DNA of 64,000 nt from an uncultured Gammaproteobacteria bacterium (GTDB lineage Bacteria; Patescibacteriota; Microgenomatia; Levybacterales; GWA1-39-11), in assembly GCA_964394645.1 (NCBI GenBank), contig CAYMYC010000003.1, positions 18,315 through 82,314 on the forward strand, written 5' to 3'. The notes below the pieces were generated by a model that worked only from the letters and a program-made list of their open reading frames with translations, did not search any database and was not told where the DNA came from. Below, piece after piece: positions 48,037 to 55,876 of this stretch. The position numbers and the translations under genes are program-made. The stretch's first letter is position 1, and each line of letters opens with the position of its first letter.

Positions 48037-49338
48037 TTGTATAATAATCCGGTGAATAAGCAAAAAGTAGGTATATATGCTTGGGCAGGACCAGGTACGG
48101 TCAGACTACTTAAAACTAAATATCATAATCCTGGAATAGATGAGCGCAGTTTTTTAACTGCGTATGATAGTAAAAAACTTTTGACTGCAAAGGAACATTT
48201 TGGTGTGACTGATGCTTGGGTTACCTACTCATGGGGTTTTTCTGAAAAGACAGAAAAGACTGATTATAAGTTTATAACATCGCGAATTAAAAATTTCAAA
48301 AAAAATAAGATTCGGACACACGCCTACATACAAGGGTTTAATCTTGTAACTGCTGAATTTAAAGATAGAGATCCGTGGTGTAGGGATTTTAAAGGAAGAC
48401 TTCTACCATACAGTAAAGGAAGAAGCCTTACATGTCCTAATAATCCTGTCGCTTCAAAAATTATTCTTGATAGAGTTGAGAGTGCATGCAGAGAAGACTT
48501 TGATGGAATTTTTATAGACAACATATTTTTTGGCTTACCTCCTCTTTTTATATACTCAGACTATATGTCCTATTGTGGATGTGTATGCGTGTATTGTCAG
48601 ACTAAGTTTAAGGATAAATATGGATACAGCCTTTCCTTAATGGAAAAAAGAGGCAGTGGGGTACGAGACTATTTAGAATTTAGAGCGGACAGTACATATA
48701 AGGTGTTAAGAATGGCAAAGACTATAGCGCAAAAAAACAAAAAGTTTTTTGGAGTGAATTTATATGATCCTGTGTCATATACTCCTGAAATATATTTTGG
48801 ATATAGCTTTTCAAAAATCGCTAAATTGCTCTCATACTATCTTATTGAGAATCTATCCTTACCATCACAGTTAAACCATAATAACTCCTACTATAAAGAA
48901 TTTATTCAGAACACAAAAAAAGATGTGTTTATAGTGTCTTATAGGAAGGGAATAGGATTGGATAGCGAGTATTCTCAAGGAGACGTTGATTCTATTTTTG
49001 CAGAAGGAGAAAGCTTGGGATATGCGCCATGTATTAAGACAAGTGAATATAAAACACATGGTGTATGGCATTACTTAGATGCAGGAAAATTTCAGCTGCC
49101 TGACAGGACAACAAAAATATTTAGAAATATTGTCATAAAGTCTAGAAAACTAAAGAAAAGCGGAAAGGCAAATGTTCTGGTAGGACAAGTCTCAAGCTAT
49201 TTATACACCCCTTTTTCTAATTTATTGTGGGATAGTAGAGTTATTTATTCGCTGCTTAACAAGACGCGGGTTTTACCTCTAATGCTTAAAAAATCAAGGA
49301 AATATGAATTAGAAAGGCTAAGTAAAAGTAAAAATTGA
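48037..49338 (+). CDS. Hypothetical protein (433 aa), possible TIM-barrel glycoside-hydrolase-like, Cys-rich insert
   Basis: An ORF whose Cys cluster CGCVCVYCQ is unusual. The functional assignment is weak. Confidence 0.45.
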   Translation: MYNNPVNKQKVGIYAWAGPGTVRLLKTKYHNPGIDERSFLTAYDSKKLLTAKEHFGVTDAWVTYSWGFSEKTEKTDYKFITSRIKNFKKNKIRTHAYIQGFNLVTAEFKDRDPWCRDFKGRLLPYSKGRSLTCPNNPVASKIILDRVESACREDFDGIFIDNIFFGLPPLFIYSDYMSYCGCVCVYCQTKFKDKYGYSLSLMEKRGSGVRDYLEFRADSTYKVLRMAKTIAQKNKKFFGVNLYDPVSYTPEIYFGYSFSKIAKLLSYYLIENLSLPSQLNHNNSYYKEFIQNTKKDVFIVSYRKGIGLDSEYSQGDVDSIFAEGESLGYAPCIKTSEYKTHGVWHYLDAGKFQLPDRTTKIFRNIVIKSRKLKKSGKANVLVGQVSSYLYTPFSNLLWDSRVIYSLLNKTRVLPLMLKKSRKYELERLSKSKN

Positions 49339-49340
49339 GA

Positions 49341-50237
49341 TTACACATAATCTTTTTTGATGTTAGATTTCCTACTTTGCCTTTTAGCCTTAAAGGTTTG
49401 ATAATCAGAAAGTGCAGCATGTGTAATATCCAAAATAGTTTCTCTTGAAAAGGGTGTTTCAATTACGTCTATATTATTTGGGATATCATATGCAGGATAT
49501 TTATAAGGAAGTACTAGGGTGACCTTTGCGTCTGGTGCGAATTTTATGGTATGGATTTTCTCGTCTGGTCCATACTTATCTAGTATTGTTGGATTTTTGA
49601 GAGGAATTTCTTCCCCACGAAATTTATGGGTAAAGGCATGTAAGCTATTAAGTTGGGTAACATTTGCTTCATACTGCTTATTGTAGTTGGTTTTACATTC
49701 AAGCAATGTGTGCACTGTGGGTACTTGTGCTTTGTCTATTACTAAACCGTCTGGAGTGTGACAGCCATCTATTTCTGCAAAAACTCTAAAGCATGATCCT
49801 GCATCAACAATACCTTTTCCATTAGGAAGTAAGCTTGAGATCCATGCATTTGTTAATCTTTCAAAAGTGGTTCCCATTGCATGTAAAAAAGAAATTGCTT
49901 CGGTTTTTATGCTTGGATCTGAGTTTCTATAGTCTAGTTCATGAGCTGATTTCCAAATTTGACTTATCCCGTTTTTTGCAATAATTGTTTCGAGTGTATC
50001 TGATATGGCAGATGAGCTTTTTGCAAGCATATTTAGCTGTGGGAAATTATCCAGGCTTATATAATTATTTTCTTTTATTGATTTTTCTGGTGTTGGTTTA
50101 GGTTTTGCGTTTATATTCCTTTCCCGCATCTCAGGCAGTTTTTGTTTTGAAAATTGGTTGAGCACGAACTCATTGGTTCGGTAATATTCAAGGTCAATTA
50201 TGTTCACGCCCATATTATATTCCTGAATTTGTGGCAT
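49341..50237 (-). CDS. Hypothetical protein (298 aa)
   Basis: An ORF and the last host-composition gene before the GC-richer island. Confidence 0.5.
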   Translation of the reverse strand: MPQIQEYNMGVNIIDLEYYRTNEFVLNQFSKQKLPEMRERNINAKPKPTPEKSIKENNYISLDNFPQLNMLAKSSSAISDTLETIIAKNGISQIWKSAHELDYRNSDPSIKTEAISFLHAMGTTFERLTNAWISSLLPNGKGIVDAGSCFRVFAEIDGCHTPDGLVIDKAQVPTVHTLLECKTNYNKQYEANVTQLNSLHAFTHKFRGEEIPLKNPTILDKYGPDEKIHTIKFAPDAKVTLVLPYKYPAYDIPNNIDVIETPFSRETILDITHAALSDYQTFKAKRQSRKSNIKKDYV

Positions 50238-50475
50238 AGCAAATTATCATTGTATTCTGAGATAGAGTATTTTGTGTCGAGTTTCTAAGAAAAACCTTGA
50301 ACTATTTATACCACTTCGAGAATCTATCAACAAATACTGGGATAGAAGCAAATACGATTACGCCGCATTTACCCAAATAGTTCTGGAAGCTAATAACCAA
50401 TTTCAGTATAATGGAATATACCGATATTAAGGGCTATATCGAAAATGCGACACATGGCGCAGTTTTATAAAAACT

Positions 50476-50739
50476 ATGAGTACCATTAACTATTTTACAG
50501 GTAAAACAAAGTCAGATACACCGAGCGCACCCGCTAAAAGCAATCCTATTAAACAAATTGTCGACGTAATGAAGAAGGTAGACGTTAAGTCGCCAGACGC
50601 CGCAAAGAATGAAAAAAGTATAGTCGATAGCAAGGGTAAGCGCATAAACCTAAATGACGAAGAAGTGAGATTCGATTATTTCAAAGGTCAATTTGTGAAG
50701 AAAAACGCTGAAAATAATAAAAACCAGAATAAAAAATAA
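50476..50739 (+). CDS. Small Lys-rich hypothetical protein (87 aa), first gene of the element
   Basis: An ORF with GC-richer codon usage than the host genes. Confidence 0.4.
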   Translation: MSTINYFTGKTKSDTPSAPAKSNPIKQIVDVMKKVDVKSPDAAKNEKSIVDSKGKRINLNDEEVRFDYFKGQFVKKNAENNKNQNKK

Positions 50740-50765
50740 CTGGCATATTATTAAGTCAGTCTATC

Positions 50766-51386
50766 TTGAACTATATGTATGCTGTTACCGATAACGAATT
50801 TACAGAAAAACATGCAACCGACGCTATTTACACAAAAGTAATCCGTGAGCTTCGAACTAACCCCAACGGCGCACAAAAACAGGATAGCGGTAGAAAAAGG
50901 GAACTAACCCGCGAAATACTACGCACCTATTTGTTCTATCTTTCCATGACTGGTGAGTATGAATTTTCGGCTGAAAATGCAGGTTTACCAGAAAAACGAA
51001 GACAAAAATACATGAAGGAATCCGAAACATTTCGCGGGGTGTCTAGCCTGGCAAAAAATAATGTTTCTTTACGCGCTAGAATGTCCGTAGCGCAGTCGAT
51101 AATGGGTAGGAAGCCTAGTTACTACAAAATGACTAACCCAGCCACTAATCAACCTGTATATATCGAATTAAAAGAAATCCTACCGAACGTAAACGCCGCT
51201 ATGTGGTGGCTGGAAAAAGTCGACAAAATCGGTACGGGTGAAGAAGACGAAGACCCATACAAAAACCCAGGATTAGGCGCACCCAGAAACGCAGAAGAAG
51301 CGGCTTTACTAGAAGGCCTACTAAATAAACATTACGATTATGTTAAGGAAAAAGAATTAAAAGCTAAACAGGCACAGCAAATCTAA
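50766..51386 (+). CDS. Hypothetical protein (206 aa) of the element
   Basis: An ORF with no motif recognised. Confidence 0.5.
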   Translation: MNYMYAVTDNEFTEKHATDAIYTKVIRELRTNPNGAQKQDSGRKRELTREILRTYLFYLSMTGEYEFSAENAGLPEKRRQKYMKESETFRGVSSLAKNNVSLRARMSVAQSIMGRKPSYYKMTNPATNQPVYIELKEILPNVNAAMWWLEKVDKIGTGEEDEDPYKNPGLGAPRNAEEAALLEGLLNKHYDYVKEKELKAKQAQQI

Positions 51387-51387
51387 T

Positions 51388-51828
51388 TTGCACCGTACCA
51401 TGAATATCGACAATTCCGACACTATAAAAAGGCATAAAGGCGATACCAAACGCCCGCTACTTAAAAAACGGTTCTTAGAGCTATTACTAGAAGAAAAGGT
51501 GTTAGGTAATGTTTCAGTAGCCGCCAAAATTCTAGGAATAAATCGCGATACCGTTTACAACTGGCGAAAAAAAGACGTAAAGTTTTCGAAAGCGTGGGAA
51601 GCGCAGATAGAACTAGCGAATGGTGTTTTAGCCGACGAAGCGGAAAACGCCTTACTTAATGGAATTAGGGCTGGTAATCCTTCACTTATTATCTTTACAC
51701 TTAAAAACAGGCGACCTGAAAAATGGAACGACCGCTATGCGAATAGACTTAAAGAAAGTCGAACCGTAGAGCATGAAGTATCGCCAGAATTTAGACAGTT
51801 TTTACAAGGTTTGCGGACTACAAAATAA
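51388..51828 (+). CDS. Phage terminase small-subunit-like HTH protein
   Basis: GNVSVAAKILGINRDTVYNWRKKDVKFSKAWEAQIELANGVLADEAE...GNPSLIIFTLKNRRPEKWNDR matches the HTH plus C-terminal ...F.LKn..PekW.dr pattern common in phage TerS/HTH_23-type small terminase proteins. Confidence 0.5.
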   Translation: MHRTMNIDNSDTIKRHKGDTKRPLLKKRFLELLLEEKVLGNVSVAAKILGINRDTVYNWRKKDVKFSKAWEAQIELANGVLADEAENALLNGIRAGNPSLIIFTLKNRRPEKWNDRYANRLKESRTVEHEVSPEFRQFLQGLRTTK

Positions 51829-51890
51829 TATTCATTTAAGGTGCGACACCTAGCGCACTTTCTGATAAAATACAGAGTAATCATATAACT

Positions 51891-52166
51891 ATGACAAACG
51901 ATTCTGACATAATAAAAAGGCTCGAAAAAATCGAACAACGTAACAAAAAGGTCGAGTTAGATAAAGCGTGGGAAGGAAGTTACGTAAGGCGCGTTTTAAT
52001 TGTAATTTTTACTTACCTTTCTATCGGAATCTACATGTGGGCCATCGGCGTAGAGAATCCATTGCTTAATGCTGTTATTCCTTCACTTGGATTTACTTTA
52101 TCTACTCTAACGCTACCTTACTTTAAAAATTTATGGATTAAATGGAGGCAAAATTATGAAAGATAA
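51891..52166 (+). CDS. Small two-TM membrane protein (91 aa)
   Basis: An ORF with hydrophobic segments [20 protein letters not shown] and [14 protein letters not shown]. Confidence 0.35.
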   Translation: MTNDSDIIKRLEKIEQRNKKVELDKAWEGSYVRRVLIVIFTYLSIGIYMWAIGVENPLLNAVIPSLGFTLSTLTLPYFKNLWIKWRQNYER

Positions 52167-52539
52167 AAAACTAACAGTTCAAATAAATAAACCTGCTAGC
52201 GAAGTTTTTGCATTCGTTATTAACCCCGAAAATACACCCAAATGGATAGATTCAATTACAGTCGAGCAAACTAACGAATGGCCCGTTAAAGTAGGAACAA
52301 TTTATAAAAACAAAGGTGCAAGTGATGTTTGGACGGAATATACCTTAACAGAGTTCAGGCCGAACGAAATGTTCGTTATGCGTAAGAACGACAAAAACTA
52401 CCATGTTAAATATACATTAACACCGACAGGCAAGGATTCTTCTGAACTGGAATATCACGAATGGGTGGAACACGGCGAACTAGAAGACCCTTTTACCCCA
52501 GAGATATTACAAAAATTAAAAAAAGTTTTAGAAAAATAG
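52156..52539 (+). CDS. SRPBCC (START/Bet v1/polyketide-cyclase-like) small protein
   Basis: A ~127-aa protein whose pattern fits the SRPBCC/AHSA1-like fold ([23 protein letters not shown]...). Confidence 0.45.
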   Translation: MKDKKLTVQINKPASEVFAFVINPENTPKWIDSITVEQTNEWPVKVGTIYKNKGASDVWTEYTLTEFRPNEMFVMRKNDKNYHVKYTLTPTGKDSSELEYHEWVEHGELEDPFTPEILQKLKKVLEK

Positions 52540-52540
52540 C

Positions 52541-52876
52541 ATGGAAGGAAAAGTAGTAAAAATCGTAGTATTCGTTCCAAAATCCCACACTGACATTGTT
52601 CGTCAAGCTATGGGCGACGCTGGCGCGGGTAAAATCGGCAATTATAGTCATTGTTCGTATTCGGTCGACGGCATAGGAAGATACAAGCCGTTAGAAGGCG
52701 CTAATCCAACCATAGGTGAAGTCGGAAAATTTGAAGAAGTCGAAGAAGAACGGGTCGAATGTGTTTGCGAAAGAAAAGTAGCAAAAGAAGTTATAAAAGC
52801 TATAAGAAAAGTTCACCCCTATGAAGAAGTAGCTTTTGACATTTACCCATTAATTTCAGAAAAAGATTTAGACTAA
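52541..52876 (+). CDS. Small GlnB/PII-like-fold protein (CutA / Nif3-insert-like)
   Basis: A 111-aa protein. The C-terminal motif VHPYEEVAFDIYPLI resembles the HPYE(V/E)P motif of CutA and the Nif3-family PII-like insert. Confidence 0.4.
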   Translation: MEGKVVKIVVFVPKSHTDIVRQAMGDAGAGKIGNYSHCSYSVDGIGRYKPLEGANPTIGEVGKFEEVEEERVECVCERKVAKEVIKAIRKVHPYEEVAFDIYPLISEKDLD

Positions 52877-53623
52877 TTCTCTATCACTTTTCCCTAAATT
52901 ACACTCGAAACAAAGCGTTTGTAAGTTTGATAATTCACTTTTTCCACCCTTAGAGAAAGGAACTATGTGGTCTATGTGTAGTTTAGTTCCTAAATCAGTA
53001 GCGGGACTTTTTCCGCAGAAAACACATCGAAAATTATCCCTACTTAGCACTTTAAGTCGCAAACTAAGATTTATTGTTCTTGTTTTAGATAGTTCGGGTT
53101 CGATAATTTCTTTTGTGGAAAGTGATTTAATGCGAGGAAATTGAATACTTTCTTTGCTTTTATCAGATACTTCGTCGTCAACAGTTATTGTACCGCCTGA
53201 TTTATATTCGATAAATTTTAAGCATGCGTTCGTCCAGCCTTCAAAATGGCGATACAGTGTATCGTAACTAATTTTAGGTTTCATGCGTACCCATTCATTT
53301 CGTGAAGGTCTATGACCTAATGCTACCCAAATTCGTTCCATTTCGTCGAACATTTCTTTTACCGAATAGGAACTTCTTCTAGTCGTTAGCTTAAATTCTA
53401 TATTTTGCTTTTTAAAATGTTCTTCTAAATACTTCAAAGCATTTTCCCATGAACCGAATTCTCTATTTACGGTAAAGTAACTAATACTCGCAAACTTATT
53501 AAAATCGCTTTGACTAAAATCCGAGTAATTAAAATGTTTAGCAACTTTTTCAAGTTCTTCAATAATCCGCTCACGCGGAATCTTACTTATTTGCCGCCTA
53601 TTAAAATCAAATTTAAAATCCAT
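52868..53623 (-). CDS. HNH endonuclease with two N-terminal HEARO (homing-endonuclease-associated) repeats
   Basis: The C-terminal HNH motif is CVFCGKSPATDLGTKLHIDHIVPFSKGGKSELSNLQTLCFECN. The N-terminal repeats end ...FGSWENAL and ...FEGWTNAC, typical of HEARO. Confidence 0.8.
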   Translation of the reverse strand: MDFKFDFNRRQISKIPRERIIEELEKVAKHFNYSDFSQSDFNKFASISYFTVNREFGSWENALKYLEEHFKKQNIEFKLTTRRSSYSVKEMFDEMERIWVALGHRPSRNEWVRMKPKISYDTLYRHFEGWTNACLKFIEYKSGGTITVDDEVSDKSKESIQFPRIKSLSTKEIIEPELSKTRTINLSLRLKVLSRDNFRCVFCGKSPATDLGTKLHIDHIVPFSKGGKSELSNLQTLCFECNLGKSDRELV

Positions 53624-53629
53624 ACTTGC

Positions 53630-53812
53630 TTATATTTCTTTTGAATCTATAAATTTCTGTAATTCTTCCAGCTTATACCTTCTATCCTTCCGTTTTCCGA
53701 TACGTACGGCTTGCAAGCGTCCCTGATTATCCCAACGGCGTAGAGTTTCGGGGTTAATTCCCAACATTTCGGCGGCTTCACGAATCTTTAATAGCTTATG
53801 TTTAGTATTCAT
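53630..53812 (-). CDS. Excisionase/MerR-like HTH_17 DNA-binding protein
   Basis: The 60-aa sequence LLKIREAAEMLGINPETLRRWDNQGRLQAVRIGKRKDRRY is a canonical excisionase-family HTH. It sits adjacent to the recombinase on the divergent strand. Confidence 0.65.
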   Translation of the reverse strand: MNTKHKLLKIREAAEMLGINPETLRRWDNQGRLQAVRIGKRKDRRYKLEELQKFIDSKEI

Positions 53813-53845
53813 AACTTCTACTTAATTATACTATAATACGATAGT

Positions 53846-55450
53846 ATGTACGATAATGATAATCTGGTCGATATTAAGAAGCTACGCTTCGTTTTATATG
53901 CCCGTAAGTCCACAGACGACGCTAAGCGGCAAATTCGCTCTATTCCAGACCAGATAGACGAATGCCGCGACCTTGCGGCAAGGCTAGGTATAAAAATCGT
54001 CGATACCTTCCGAGAAGAAAAATCCGCCAAACGGCCAGGTATCAGACCAGTTTTCAGCCAGTTAATTGAAGACATAAAAAGTGGTAAATATGACGCTATA
54101 CTTGCCTGGAATCCTGATAGATTAGCCCGAAACATGCTGGAAGCGGGCATGTTAATAGATTTGGCCGATAACGGCATTATTAAAGATTTTAAGTTTGTAA
54201 CCCATATCTATTCGCCAGACGCTAATGGAAAAATGCTTCTAGGTATGGCTTTCGTGCTATCAAAACAATATAGCGATAAGCTCTCACAGGACGTTACGCG
54301 CGGTGTTAGGAAGAACTTAGAACAAGGCAAAACGCCAACTTATAAACACGGTTATATTCGTGATAAGCGGGGCATATATCAGCCAGACGAAGAAAACGAC
54401 AGATTTGCCTTAATACAAAGTGCCTGGTACATGCGAGCCGACGGGAAGTCGCTAAAAGAAATCAACGCCTATTTGAACCTTAAAGGGTATTTCCGACTTA
54501 TCAAAGAAACGAATCGGAAACAGTACATGACCCAACAAAAACTTAGCAATATCTTTAAGGATTCGTTTTACTACGGTGCGCTGGTACAAGCGGGACAAAC
54601 GGTTTATTTACCAGACGTGTACGACTTCGAAGCCATGATAGACCGAGATATGTACGACAAAGTACAAAGTCTAAGTGTTGATAGGTTCGTTCCCTATAAA
54701 AGCAAATTACAAACATTTTACCCACTTAAACAAATGGTGAAATGCGCCTACTGCCAGGGAAATATGGTCGTAGCCCCTTCTAAAAGTGAAAGCGAAGGGC
54801 GTTTCTTATATTTTAGGTGTGATAACAAAGTATGTATTCGAAATTCGGCTGAAAATCGAGCAAAAAAGTGGAAAAAAGACCCGACATATATTAAGGCTTC
54901 GGTTCGGTCGATAGTTATATTCGATTTTGTCTATGAGCTATTAAAAGACGGACTTAACTTCACTGAAAAAGAATATTTGGAATATAAAGATAGTTTGAAA
55001 AGTTTGGGCGACGACGAACGGGAAAAGGTTCGTAGTGAAATAGAACACTTAGAAGCCTTAAAGCGTGGTTATACAAAGGAAGTGAAACGCATAGGACTAG
55101 CATTAGGAAAACTCACGGACAATAAGACAGCTTATGACATAAACGTAGAGGAACTGGGAAAGCAAAAAGCTAATCAAAGCCAAACAGAGGCCGCTATTAT
55201 AAAACTTAGAGAAAATCTTACTGACGAAGAAGAAGACGAATTGTCATTAGAAGAATTCTTGAACTTGTCAAAAAATGCCGCTATGACGGTCAAAGCGGGC
55301 GACGCGATAGCCAAAGATATGATTTGTCGGTTATTATTCTTGAACTTCCATGTAGAGAATGAAAAAGTGGCGTCATATCGGCTAAAAGAACCATTTGACA
55401 CCCTGCTTAAAAGCCGTTCTATCCAAAATAGTCGGGGATGGCAGATTTGA
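53846..55450 (+). CDS. Large serine recombinase (phage-integrase-type resolvase/recombinase)
   Basis: The resolvase N-terminal catalytic domain is VLYARKSTDD...IRSIPDQ with a nucleophile Ser, and AILAWNPDRLARN. A recombinase domain and a zinc ribbon (CAYCQGNMV...FRCDNKVC) follow, then a coiled-coil C-terminus. Length 534 aa. The last 19 nt overlap tRNA-Pro. Confidence 0.9.
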   Translation: MYDNDNLVDIKKLRFVLYARKSTDDAKRQIRSIPDQIDECRDLAARLGIKIVDTFREEKSAKRPGIRPVFSQLIEDIKSGKYDAILAWNPDRLARNMLEAGMLIDLADNGIIKDFKFVTHIYSPDANGKMLLGMAFVLSKQYSDKLSQDVTRGVRKNLEQGKTPTYKHGYIRDKRGIYQPDEENDRFALIQSAWYMRADGKSLKEINAYLNLKGYFRLIKETNRKQYMTQQKLSNIFKDSFYYGALVQAGQTVYLPDVYDFEAMIDRDMYDKVQSLSVDRFVPYKSKLQTFYPLKQMVKCAYCQGNMVVAPSKSESEGRFLYFRCDNKVCIRNSAENRAKKWKKDPTYIKASVRSIVIFDFVYELLKDGLNFTEKEYLEYKDSLKSLGDDEREKVRSEIEHLEALKRGYTKEVKRIGLALGKLTDNKTAYDINVEELGKQKANQSQTEAAIIKLRENLTDEEEDELSLEEFLNLSKNAAMTVKAGDAIAKDMICRLLFLNFHVENEKVASYRLKEPFDTLLKSRSIQNSRGWQI

Positions 55451-55503
55451 ACTGCCGACCTCACGGTCCCGAACCGTGCGCGCTACCACTGCGCCAATCC
55501 CCG
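55432..55503 (-). tRNA. tRNA-Pro (anticodon CGG)
   Basis: The reverse complement folds as CGGGGAT-TG-GCGC-AGTGGTA-GCGC-G-CACGG-TTCGGGA-CCGTG-AGGTC-GGCAG-TTCAAAT-CTGCC-ATCCCCG-A. It is nearly identical in architecture to E. coli proK. Confidence 0.85.
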
Positions 55504-55603
55504 ATAAAGTAGTTTTAGTTGGTTTCTGCTTCTTAATTTCCAAATTATACTCTAATAATGGTAGAATACGAAGAGATTAAGATCATTTTCATGGTTATAT
55601 TTG

Positions 55604-55624
55604 ACTCCGTAGCTCAATGGATGA
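55604..55624 (+). pseudogene. 5' tRNA-Arg-like fragment (acceptor 5' strand plus D-arm 5' half; copy A)
   Basis: gactccgtagctcaatggat resembles the first 20 nt of the intact tRNA at 55657 (gacctcgtagctcaatggat), with 2 differences in the acceptor strand. Confidence 0.45.
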
Positions 55625-55656
55625 AGGTTTACAAGGCAAACCTTGAGACTTGTGCG

Positions 55657-55729
55657 ACCTCGTAGCTCAATGGATTGAGCAGTCCCGTCCTAAGGGAAAG
55701 ATTGCGAGTTCGACTCTCGCCGAGGTCGC
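55657..55729 (+). tRNA. tRNA-Arg-like (anticodon CCU), embedded in an extended 17-bp inverted repeat
   Basis: GACCTCG-TA-GCTC-AATGGATT-GAGC-A-GTCCC-GTCCTAA-GGGAA-AGATT-GCGAG-TTCGACT-CTCGC-CGAGGTC-G. The acceptor, D and T stems are perfect. The D-loop AATGGAT is as in E. coli tRNA-Arg(CCU). The anticodon stem has one G:A mismatch (27:43) and an unusual G32. The flanks AGACTTGTGC / GCACAAGTCT extend the acceptor helix to 17 bp. Confidence 0.6.
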
Positions 55730-55755
55730 ACAAGTCTAGGATCAGCCCGTCCTGC

Positions 55756-55776
55756 TTTTTTGCTTTGCAAAAAAGT
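55756..55776. other. AT-rich perfect hairpin (9-bp stem, 3-nt loop) between the intact tRNA-Arg and the 3' tRNA fragment
   Basis: cttttttgc-ttt-gcaaaaaag. Confidence 0.4.
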
Positions 55777-55781
55777 GATTG

Positions 55782-55816
55782 GGAAAGATTGCGAGTTCGA
55801 CTCTCGCCGGGGTCGC
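55782..55816 (+). pseudogene. 3' tRNA-Arg-like fragment (anticodon-stem 3' strand through discriminator; copy C)
   Basis: gggaaagattgcgagttcgactctcgccggggtcg matches the 3' 35 nt of the intact tRNA except for one base in the acceptor (cgAggtc versus cgGggtc). Its acceptor strand is complementary, with one G:U, to fragment A (GACTCCG) and not to the intact copy. Confidence 0.5.
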
Positions 55817-55876
55817 AAGGAGTACCTCCATAAAAGATCATTGACTTAATGCTTGGATTTAAATATTATTATTTCC

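Larger units (their letters stand above)
50300..55450. mobile_element. ~5 kb integrated element next to tRNA-Pro. It encodes a large serine recombinase, an excisionase-like HTH, an HNH/HEARO endonuclease, a TerS-like HTH and cargo genes. The left boundary is approximate.
   Basis: This block is visibly GC-richer than its flanks, with a different codon flavour. The recombinase gene ends at 55450, overlapping the 3' end of tRNA-Pro (55432-55503, minus strand). Recombinase, Xis and HNH genes are clustered at the tRNA-proximal end. Confidence 0.55.

Noticed and set aside
50238-50475. Searched for a direct repeat of the tRNA-Pro 3' end (attL/attR core) at the left end of the island
   Set aside because: Only a 7-nt match (ttgaact) was found by eye. 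Serine recombinases need only a 2-bp crossover identity, so absence of a long repeat does not argue against integration, but the left boundary cannot be fixed from this.
55395-55841. ORFs 55395..55580 (+) and 55629..55841 (-), including the repeated 'GESRTRNLS' peptide
   Set aside because: They overlap tRNA-Pro and the tRNA-Arg copies. The repeated peptide is just the translated T-arm of the duplicated tRNA sequence.
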